Shown here: piece by piece, positions 56,955-64,000 of the stretch
How the letters are laid out: every line of letters begins with the position of its first letter
Position numbering within the stretch: the first letter of the stretch is position 1
Origin: Candidatus Omnitrophota bacterium
GTDB lineage: Bacteria; Omnitrophota; Gorgyraeia; Zapsychrales; Zapsychraceae
Reading direction: 5' to 3'
NCBI GenBank assembly: GCA_050250375.1
Contig: JBFWOS010000002.1
Location: forward strand, 77,547-141,546
DNA: 64,000 nt
The notes under the pieces: model-generated
The model's database searches: none
What the model was told of the DNA's origin: nothing
The model's input: only the letters and a program-made list of their open reading frames with translations
Translations under genes and position numbers: made by a program

Positions 56955-57115
56955 GGGTTCTTTCGTGTGCTGAAAACACGATGCCGTAAATCTAATCAAT
57001 TGATTGACTGTCCGCGGTGAAGAAATCCAAACCGATAAATTTGAATGATTCAATCTACAATTTGATTTTTGAAGGCGTTTGTGCTTCAATAGATGATTCT
57101 TGATGAGGAGAAATT

Positions 57116-58294
57116 ATGGCTTTACCTGATAAATATGGACATTTTGGTGAATTCGGCGGACGCTTTATGCCCGAGACATTGATTGCCCTGCACGAAGAAT
57201 TATCTGACGTTTTTAACCAGATTAGAAAAGATTCCAAATTTAAGAAAGAATTTCATCATTATCTCACTGAATACGCTGGACGGCCGACCAATTTATATTA
57301 TGCCCGACGATTGAGCGAAAAGCTTAAAACGTTGAAGGTCTATCTTAAACGTGAAGATCTTTTACATACAGGGGCACATAAGATCAATAATACGCTGGGT
57401 CAGGTTTTAGTGGCCCAGAGGATGGGAAAGAGCCGGATCATTGCCGAAACCGGAGCCGGACAGCACGGAGTGGCAACCGCCACGGCCGCCGCCTTGATGG
57501 GATTAAAATGCGTTATTTATATGGGGGAAGAAGACACCAAACGTCAGGCATTGAATGTATATAGGATGAAATTGCTCGGGGCTGAAGTGATTCCTGTGAC
57601 CAGCGGTTCAAAAACCCTCAAAGACGCGATGAACGAGGCCATCCGGGACTGGGTGACCAATGTGGCCAATACATTCTATATTATCGGATCAGTTGCCGGT
57701 GCGCATCCTTATCCGGTCATGGTGCGGGAATTTCAGTCGATTATTGGTAAAGAAGCAAGGCGGCAGTTTTTGGTCAAGGAAAAGAAACTTCCGGATTATG
57801 TGCTGGCGTGTGTTGGAGGGGGAAGCAACGCGATGGGTTTGTTCCATGCCTTTTTCAACGATAAAAAAGTCAAAATGATTGGTGTTGAGGCCGCTGGGGA
57901 AGGCCTTCAGTCCGGTCAGCATTCTGCCCCATTGAATGCCGGTGCGATCGGGGTTTTGCACGGGAGCAAAAGTAACTTGATGCAGACAGATGACGGGCAG
58001 ATCCAGGTTGCGCATTCGATCGCGGCTGGACTCGATTATCCCGGGGTCGGCCCGGAACATGCTTATTATCAAAAAATTGGCCGGGCTGAATATGTAGCCA
58101 TAGAAGATAATGAAGCCATTGAAGGCTTAAAGTTATTATCCCGGACGGAAGGTATTATTCCGGCCCTTGAAACATCCCATGCTATTGCATATCTCTCAAA
58201 ATTGGCTAAGAAAGTCAAAGGTAGAAAATCTGTTATCGTTTGCCTCTCGGGTCGAGGCGATAAGGATGTCAATTCGATTAAGGACTTGTTATGA
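57116..58294 (+). CDS. trpB: Tryptophan synthase beta chain
   Basis: PLP-lysine region '[11 protein letters not shown]' and 'GGGSNAMG'; GAGGAG RBS. Confidence 0.95.
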   Translation: MALPDKYGHFGEFGGRFMPETLIALHEELSDVFNQIRKDSKFKKEFHHYLTEYAGRPTNLYYARRLSEKLKTLKVYLKREDLLHTGAHKINNTLGQVLVAQRMGKSRIIAETGAGQHGVATATAAALMGLKCVIYMGEEDTKRQALNVYRMKLLGAEVIPVTSGSKTLKDAMNEAIRDWVTNVANTFYIIGSVAGAHPYPVMVREFQSIIGKEARRQFLVKEKKLPDYVLACVGGGSNAMGLFHAFFNDKKVKMIGVEAAGEGLQSGQHSAPLNAGAIGVLHGSKSNLMQTDDGQIQVAHSIAAGLDYPGVGPEHAYYQKIGRAEYVAIEDNEAIEGLKLLSRTEGIIPALETSHAIAYLSKLAKKVKGRKSVIVCLSGRGDKDVNSIKDLL

Positions 58295-59085
58295 ACAGAA
58301 TAGAAGCAAAGTTTAGTCAATTAAAGGAACGCCATAAAAAAGCATTTATAGCTTTTATTACAGCAGGCGATCCTGATTTACAAACGACCGAAGATTTAGT
58401 GCTTGGTTTTGAGAAGGCCGGCGTTGATATCGTCGAACTTGGAGTGCCATTTTCTGACCCCTTAGCTGATGGGAAAACGATTCAGGCCGCATCCCAGAGG
58501 GCTTTAGCCAATGGAGTCACATCAGAAAAAGTGTTTGATCTGGTTCAAAATTTGCGAAAAAAAACAAACATGCCAATCGCCTTGATGATGTATTACAATC
58601 CGGTATTTCATTATGGAGATGCAAAGTTTGTTGTGAAGGCCAAGGCCTGCGGGGTTGACGGACTAATCATTCCTGATTTGCCTCCGGAAGAAGCCAAAAT
58701 GTTAAAACAAGCCGCTGTCGAAAACGAAATGGCTACAGTATTTTTTATGGCTCCGACAACGACCCCACAACGAATGAAACTGATTGCTGAGCATTCAACA
58801 GGATTCATTTATTTTGTTTCCTTGACAGGAGTGACCGGGGCTCGAACGGTTTTACCATCCGCAGTTACGAAACAACTGAAAATGGCAAAGAAAACCACGG
58901 ATAAACCGATTTGTATCGGATTTGGGATTTCTAACCCGGAACAGGTCAAAGATATGGCAGAGATTGCCGATGGGGTGATTGTAGGGAGCGCAATAATTAA
59001 CGAAATTCTAAAAAATAAAGGAAAGCCGGATCTAGTACAGAATGTCTGCCGGTTTGTCAAACAATTAACCAGCTCAATTGAATAG
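58291..59085 (+). CDS. trpA: Tryptophan synthase alpha chain
   Basis: '[11 protein letters not shown]' and '[14 protein letters not shown]'. It overlaps the trpB stop. Confidence 0.93.
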   Translation: MNRIEAKFSQLKERHKKAFIAFITAGDPDLQTTEDLVLGFEKAGVDIVELGVPFSDPLADGKTIQAASQRALANGVTSEKVFDLVQNLRKKTNMPIALMMYYNPVFHYGDAKFVVKAKACGVDGLIIPDLPPEEAKMLKQAAVENEMATVFFMAPTTTPQRMKLIAEHSTGFIYFVSLTGVTGARTVLPSAVTKQLKMAKKTTDKPICIGFGISNPEQVKDMAEIADGVIVGSAIINEILKNKGKPDLVQNVCRFVKQLTSSIE

Positions 59086-59093
59086 AAAACACT

Positions 59094-60362
59094 ATGTATA
59101 AAACAGATCAATTAAAAAACGGATTAAGGATCATTACACAGGAAATGAAAGACCGGGACAGCGTTTCCATTGGGATTTGGGTCGGTGTCGGAGGACGTTA
59201 CGAAGAAGACCGTGTCAGGGGGGCGACCCATTTTGTAGAACACATATTGTTTAAGGGAAGCCAGAAATATAGTTGTGAGCAGATTAAAGAAAGAATTGAA
59301 GGGGTGGGAGGATCCTTGAACGCCTTTACATCCGAGGAGCAGACCTGTTTTTATGCGAAGATCCCGGCTAAGCATCTGAATCAAACATTTGGGGTCCTGG
59401 CTGATATGGTGTTTTACCCGAAGATAAGGCAGGCCGATGTCACAAAAGAAAAGGCCGTCATTATTGAAGAGATTAAAATGTATCATGATTTGCCTCAATA
59501 TTTTGTTTTGGAATTGCTGGACGGCTTGTTATGGCCGGATCACCCTTTGGGAAAACAACTGGCGGGTACAATTGATTCGGTTTCAGGTTTAAAAGCCAAA
59601 GATTTAAAGAAATTTCATGAAACATATTACCTGCCGGGAAATGTGGTCATCTCCGCCTGTGGAAAGCTCAATCATTTATTGTTTGTCGAACACGTGAAGA
59701 AAACATTATCGGCTTTAAAAGGTCAGGGGACATGGACGTTTCAGCCGTTCGCAGGAAACCAGAATAAAGCGAGAACCCGGTTCTTTAAAAAAGATATCGA
59801 ACAAATGCATTTGGCGATCGGTATGCCCGGCTACTATGAAGATCACCCGGATAAATATGTAATGGCCTTGCTCAGCATAATAATGGGTGGGAATATGTCT
59901 TCGCGATTGTTTGTTGAAGTTCGTGAAAAAAAAGGACTGGCGTATTCTATCGGCAGTTTTCATAAAACCATGCGGGACACGGGTGTTTTTATGGTTCGGG
60001 CCGGAGTCGATAACCAGAAAATTGTTGATACAGTGGATTTGATCTTAAAAGAATTCCGGAAAATCAAAACAAAAGGCGTAATGCCTGATGAATTTAAGCG
60101 GGCAAAAGAATATCTGATCGGACAGACCCAGTTAGGTCTGGAAGATACGATGGAGCATATGTTGTGGATCGGCGAATCAATGCTCACAAGAAATAAGGGC
60201 AGGACCATTGAGCATATAACATCTGAACTAAGCAAGATAAAAAGTGCCGATCTAAACCGTGTCGCTGGGGACATTCTGAATGACACAAAATATAACTTAG
60301 CGATTGTCGGGCCCATTTCGGATGATCAATCAAAGAAAATTGAGAATTTGCTTAAAGTATAG
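59094..60362 (+). CDS. M16-family zinc peptidase (insulinase/pitrilysin-like), active half
   Basis: Inverted zincin 'HFVEHILFKGS' (HxxEH) and a downstream Glu region. Confidence 0.8.
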   Translation: MYKTDQLKNGLRIITQEMKDRDSVSIGIWVGVGGRYEEDRVRGATHFVEHILFKGSQKYSCEQIKERIEGVGGSLNAFTSEEQTCFYAKIPAKHLNQTFGVLADMVFYPKIRQADVTKEKAVIIEEIKMYHDLPQYFVLELLDGLLWPDHPLGKQLAGTIDSVSGLKAKDLKKFHETYYLPGNVVISACGKLNHLLFVEHVKKTLSALKGQGTWTFQPFAGNQNKARTRFFKKDIEQMHLAIGMPGYYEDHPDKYVMALLSIIMGGNMSSRLFVEVREKKGLAYSIGSFHKTMRDTGVFMVRAGVDNQKIVDTVDLILKEFRKIKTKGVMPDEFKRAKEYLIGQTQLGLEDTMEHMLWIGESMLTRNKGRTIEHITSELSKIKSADLNRVAGDILNDTKYNLAIVGPISDDQSKKIENLLKV

Positions 60363-60382
60363 GCTGAATAGCGAATTTTAAA

Positions 60383-60411
60383 TTGACAATAGAATATTTA
60401 TCCGCTAGACT
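60383..60411 (+). promoter_or_regulatory. Candidate promoter for the small ORF at 60451
   Basis: -35 TTGACA (60383-60388), a 17-nt spacer and -10 TAGACT (60406-60411). Confidence 0.3.
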
Positions 60412-60450
60412 CTAGTTAACTTTAATTTTTAAGAACCAGAAGGAGCAAAA

Positions 60451-60624
60451 ATGGCAGAAGAATTATCCTTTTATGATGTGAAAACAAAGTCAAAATTCAA
60501 TACTTCAGATTATGAAGTCAGGGAAAAAAGCGGTCGTTTTTTCGCTGTATCAAAATCTCCTAAAGGGACCCATGAATGTTGGCGAGTTCTTAGTAAAGAT
60601 CAAGCTGCAAAGATGAAAAAATAG
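60451..60624 (+). CDS. Small hypothetical protein (57 aa), below the ORF-track length cut-off
   Basis: ATG at 60451 is preceded by AGGAGC, 6 nt upstream. Translation: 'MAEELSFYDVKTKSKFNTSDYEVREKSGRFFAVSKSPKGTHECWRVLSKDQAAKMKK', then TAG. Confidence 0.4.
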   Translation: MAEELSFYDVKTKSKFNTSDYEVREKSGRFFAVSKSPKGTHECWRVLSKDQAAKMKK

Positions 60625-60799
60625 TCATAGAGCTTGAAACGAATAAATACGAAAAAGAGTTCAGATTTTTAGTTTTATTGGTCTGAAACTGCCATTCTGA
60701 AATAGAAGGACATCTGCTATAAGAAAAGCTTCATTATCTTCACGAATATTAGCTAAAAAAGTCGCAGAAATTGCTGATGAAAAAAAGGCAACCGGAATT

Positions 60800-61081
60800 G
60801 TGATTCTGGACATGCGTAAGCTCGTCAATTTCTGCGACTACTTCGTTTTATGTTCCGGAAACACTGATCGTCACGCCAAAGCTGTGGCCGATGCGATTGA
60901 TGAAGGTCTGCAGGAGTTAGGAATTAAGCCCGGTTTGAAAGACTCAATAAAGAATTCCCATTGGATTGTATTTGATGCGGGCGACGTAGTTGTTCATGTT
61001 TTTGAAAAACAGATGCGTGAATTCTATAATCTTGAATATTTGTGGCAGGAAGCCAAAGAAGTAAAGTGGGAAAGTAAGTAA
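60800..61081 (+). CDS. rsfS: Ribosomal silencing factor RsfS (Iojap-like); the true start is probably upstream and non-canonical
   Basis: 'DYFVLCSGNTDRHAKAVADAI' and 'HWIVFDAGDVVVHVF' match RsfS. Conserved N-terminal residues ('..LAKKVAEIADEKKATGIVILD') continue in frame upstream of the track's GTG start. Confidence 0.8.
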   Translation: MILDMRKLVNFCDYFVLCSGNTDRHAKAVADAIDEGLQELGIKPGLKDSIKNSHWIVFDAGDVVVHVFEKQMREFYNLEYLWQEAKEVKWESK

Positions 61082-61169
61082 GATTTGAACCATACGGGAG
61101 TCACAAGGCACAGCATCACAGCCGTAACATTATAAAACATTCTGTGATATGTGAATTGTGATTTTTTTT

Positions 61170-62843
61170 ATGTTAAACACGATAAAAGAACAAATCGAAG
61201 CGTTTTTTACCGAGACGCTGACATCCGCATATTCTGATATCAAAGAATGGCCGAAGATTGAATTGGATGTGCCGGCCGACAAAAAGCATGGGCATTATTC
61301 ATGTAATGTAGCGATGCGAACGGCGAAGTCATTTAAACAGCCGCCCATAGCCACGGCCGAACGATTTAAAGAAACAATTAATCAATCCTTGGCCGGATCC
61401 AAGATTAAGGACTATATTGATCAGGTTGAGGTTAAACATCCGGGGTTTATCAATATATTTCTCAAACCACAGTCAATCGTATCGGTACTGACAGAAATTT
61501 ATCAAAAGAGAGATAGTTACGGCGCAATGTCCGTGGGGTTGGGGGAAAAGGTGTGCATTGAGTTTGTCAGCGCTAACCCAACCGGCCCTTTAAGTATTGC
61601 GCATGCCCGCCAGGCAGCCGTGGGAGATGCCTTAGGAAACATTCTGCAATTTATAGGGTATGACGTTACAAAAGAATATTATGTTAACGACGGTGGAAAT
61701 CAGATTAACATTCTGGGGCAATCCATACAGTTAAGGGCCAAGGAGATATTGGGAGAGAAAATTGACTTTCCTGAAGATGGATATCAGGGAGACTATATAA
61801 AAGATATGGCCCGGTTGTATATGGAACGGAATCTAATCAAAGACCTCAAGACTTTAAACCAGGTTGAACCGGGGAAATTCAAAGCATTCGGTGTGCAATA
61901 TTTAATGGGGGTTATTAAAAAGGACCTGGAGGATTTTCATGTCCGTTTTGATGTTTGGTCTCATGAATCTGAAGTGGCCAGCCGGGACAAAATTGAAGAG
62001 ATGTTAAGTTATCTTGGCGAAAAAGGATTCTTATATGAGAAAGACGGTGCGTTATGGTTTCGATCGACCGATTTTGATGACGACAAAGACCGTGTGTTGG
62101 AAAAGAGTGATGGAAGTTATACATACGTAACGCCGGATATTGTTTATCACAAAAATAAATTTGATAGGGGTTTTGGCAAGGTTATTGATATATTAGGGCC
62201 GGATCATCATGGTTACATATCCAGGTTAAAGGCGGCGGCAGAGGCGATGGGACGGGATCGGGATGATTTGGAGGTTTTGATTGTACAGTTAGCGACAATA
62301 TTTCGTGATGGACAGGCTATTTCCATGTCGACAAGGCGCGGCCAATTTATAAGTTTAAGAGAAGTTTTGGATGAGGTCGGGGCGGATGTGGCCCGTTATT
62401 TTTTCTTAATGCGTCATATTAAGGCTCACCTTGAATTTGATCTTGAACTCGCCAAGAAAGAATCTTCGGAAAATCCGGTTTATTATATCCAATATGCGTA
62501 TGCACGGATTAACAGTATTAATAAAAAAGCCCAGGAGCTTTCGATTGCAGCCCAGAATGAAGAATTTGGTTTGTTAACTCTTGAAGAGGAACTCGATTTG
62601 GTTAAACATCTCGGTGTGTTCAGCGACGCTTTATTGTTCTGCAAAGATCAATTGGATCCGTATCCTCTGGTCAATTATCTATTTGAATTAGCCACATGTT
62701 TTCATAAGTTTTATGACCGCCACCGTGTGATTGATGAAAACAAAGATTTGTCCCAACAACGTCTTGGTTTAGTTCAGGCGACACAAATGGTCCTTGCCAA
62801 AGGATTAAGTCTTTTAGGAATCAGCCGTCCGGAATCAATGTAG
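61170..62843 (+). CDS. argS: Arginyl-tRNA synthetase
   Basis: Class I 'HIGH'-equivalent 'SANPTGPLSIAHAR', 'KMSTR' in 'ISMSTRRGQFI', and a DALR anticodon-binding C-terminus. The track ORF starts at GTG 61158; ATG 61170 is more likely. Confidence 0.92.
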   Translation: MLNTIKEQIEAFFTETLTSAYSDIKEWPKIELDVPADKKHGHYSCNVAMRTAKSFKQPPIATAERFKETINQSLAGSKIKDYIDQVEVKHPGFINIFLKPQSIVSVLTEIYQKRDSYGAMSVGLGEKVCIEFVSANPTGPLSIAHARQAAVGDALGNILQFIGYDVTKEYYVNDGGNQINILGQSIQLRAKEILGEKIDFPEDGYQGDYIKDMARLYMERNLIKDLKTLNQVEPGKFKAFGVQYLMGVIKKDLEDFHVRFDVWSHESEVASRDKIEEMLSYLGEKGFLYEKDGALWFRSTDFDDDKDRVLEKSDGSYTYVTPDIVYHKNKFDRGFGKVIDILGPDHHGYISRLKAAAEAMGRDRDDLEVLIVQLATIFRDGQAISMSTRRGQFISLREVLDEVGADVARYFFLMRHIKAHLEFDLELAKKESSENPVYYIQYAYARINSINKKAQELSIAAQNEEFGLLTLEEELDLVKHLGVFSDALLFCKDQLDPYPLVNYLFELATCFHKFYDRHRVIDENKDLSQQRLGLVQATQMVLAKGLSLLGISRPESM

Positions 62844-62864
62844 AACCGAACAAAAGATTATTTT

Positions 62865-64000
62865 ATGTCCAAAATCTGGAATATCAAGACACTCAATCCA
62901 AAACTCCAAATTAAACTGAGTGATGCCTTGGGAATTCATCCCATCATTTCTCAGCTTTTAGTGAACAGATCCATTGATGATATTGAAGAGGCAGCCAATT
63001 TTTTGAATCCGGAATTGAAAAGTCTCCATGATCCGTTTTTATTCAAAGGCATGGACAAAGCGGTGGAACGTATTCTTCAGGCGGCGAAAAACAGTGAGCG
63101 GGTGCTTATCTTCGGAGATTATGACGTCGATGGGGTGACTTCTTCCTATATTCTAAACAGTACGTTGAGCCGATTAGGCCTTGATTTGATTCACCACATT
63201 CCTCATCGTATGAATGATGGTTACGGATTGAATCACGAAATCGCAGAAATTGCGTTCCAACAGAAAGTTAATTTGCTTATTACAATTGACTGCGGGATTA
63301 CCGCCTATGATGAGGTGGAGTCGATTCGGAATAAAGGAATAGATGTTATTATAATCGATCACCATGAACCTTCAGACAGCCGCTTGCCCAATGCGTTAGC
63401 GATCATTGATCCCAAACAAAAAGACTGTCCGTATCCTTTCAAGGAACTGGCTTCCGCCGGTTTGGCCCTAAAAGTTTCAGAAGCATTGACGAAAAAAACT
63501 TCTGAAGATCTGCTGGGATTTGCCGCTCTTGGAACTGTCGCCGATGTGGTCCCATTAAAAGGGGAAAACAGGATTATTGTCAAACATGGCCTTAAACTGA
63601 TTCACAAAACAAAAAATAAGGGGTTAAAGGCGCTGTTAAAATCTTCCAAAATAGATAAGGGGCCGCTGACTCCGTTTCATATCGGATTTATTTTAGGTCC
63701 GCGTATAAACGCAGCCGGGCGTATGGGGACAGCGCATACGTCTTTAGATTTATTTTTATGTGATGATGAGGAGCAAGCCGAACATTTAACCGGCGAGCTG
63801 GAAAGTTATAATTTAGAAAGACAAAAAATGCAAAATGATACGATAACAGAAGCTATGGCTATCGTTGAAGGGCAGATAAACTTTAAAGAGCAAAAGGTTA
63901 TTGTCTTAAACAAGGAAGGCTGGCATAAGGGGATCCTGGGCATCGTCGCGTCAAGGTTGACAGACAAATACTACCGTCCGGCCATTGTTATTTCAACTCA
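62865..64000 (+). CDS. recJ: Single-stranded-DNA-specific exonuclease RecJ, N-terminal part; it continues beyond the window end
   Basis: DHH motifs 'LIFGDYDVDGVTS', 'ITIDCG', 'DVIIIDHH' and 'GVGLK'-like. The frame is open to the window end, so it is absent from the ORF track. Confidence 0.88.
   Translation, partial: MSKIWNIKTLNPKLQIKLSDALGIHPIISQLLVNRSIDDIEEAANFLNPELKSLHDPFLFKGMDKAVERILQAAKNSERVLIFGDYDVDGVTSSYILNSTLSRLGLDLIHHIPHRMNDGYGLNHEIAEIAFQQKVNLLITIDCGITAYDEVESIRNKGIDVIIIDHHEPSDSRLPNALAIIDPKQKDCPYPFKELASAGLALKVSEALTKKTSEDLLGFAALGTVADVVPLKGENRIIVKHGLKLIHKTKNKGLKALLKSSKIDKGPLTPFHIGFILGPRINAAGRMGTAHTSLDLFLCDDEEQAEHLTGELESYNLERQKMQNDTITEAMAIVEGQINFKEQKVIVLNKEGWHKGILGIVASRLTDKYYRPAIVIST

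Noticed and set aside
60778-60845. Apparent frameshifts inside rsfS when I hand-translate the printed bases (an A-run at ~60780 and 'gactac c ttcg' at ~60840)
   Set aside because: The ORF track gives one continuous, well-conserved RsfS protein with coordinates consistent with its length. The discrepancies are most likely my own off-by-one counting of homopolymers, so no pseudogene is claimed.

Overview
This 64-kb window comes from a diderm bacterium that makes LPS and looks streamlined. All ~65 supported genes lie on the + strand; the minus-strand ORFs in the track are antisense shadows. The gene order is mostly a conserved housekeeping backbone:
- heptose kinase-kdsB-kdsA-kdsD-kdsC-lptC/A-lptB;
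- tig-clpP;
- a class-V aminotransferase with serA;
- purA;
- an OmpA-family lipoprotein;
- uppS-cdsA-dxr-rseP;
- an orphan cpaF;
- proS;
- rimP-nusA-infB;
- trpS; scpA; ruvB; a SpoIID-like gene;
- queA-tgt-trmD-rplS;
- rnhB;
- an FTCD-like gene with folD;
- polA; glgA; coaE; rho; rpmE;
- prfA-prmC-murA;
- a trp operon, trpG-D-C-F ... trpB-A;
- an M16 peptidase; rsfS; argS; and the 5' end of recJ.
The stand-out region is a ~9-kb insertion at 48107-57115 that splits the trp operon between trpF and trpB. It contains:
- a ~237-nt multi-hairpin RNA candidate bounded by its own promoter and an intrinsic terminator;
- a 1933-aa giant protein with a signal peptide, built from a tandemly duplicated ~340-aa Trp/aromatic-rich module, each copy followed by a different enzyme-like domain (GNAT-like, then class-I methyltransferase-like; both look partly degenerate);
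- a small Cys4 zinc-ribbon protein behind a near-leaderless promoter;
- an M20 (ArgE/DapE-type) deacylase;
- a TolB-like PD40 beta-propeller without a signal peptide, behind a near-consensus promoter.
Secondary oddities that fit reductive evolution are:
- a trigger factor lacking the PPIase domain;
- a ProRS without the INS editing domain;
- a Tgt with a degraded zinc site;
- a pyridine-nucleotide-disulfide-oxidoreductase homolog with both dinucleotide-binding motifs degenerate;
- an orphan CpaF secretion ATPase;
- no trpE in the window.
No tRNA, rRNA, CRISPR array or mobile-element gene was found. All calls rest on reading the sequence and ORF translations against remembered family motifs; no database search was run.
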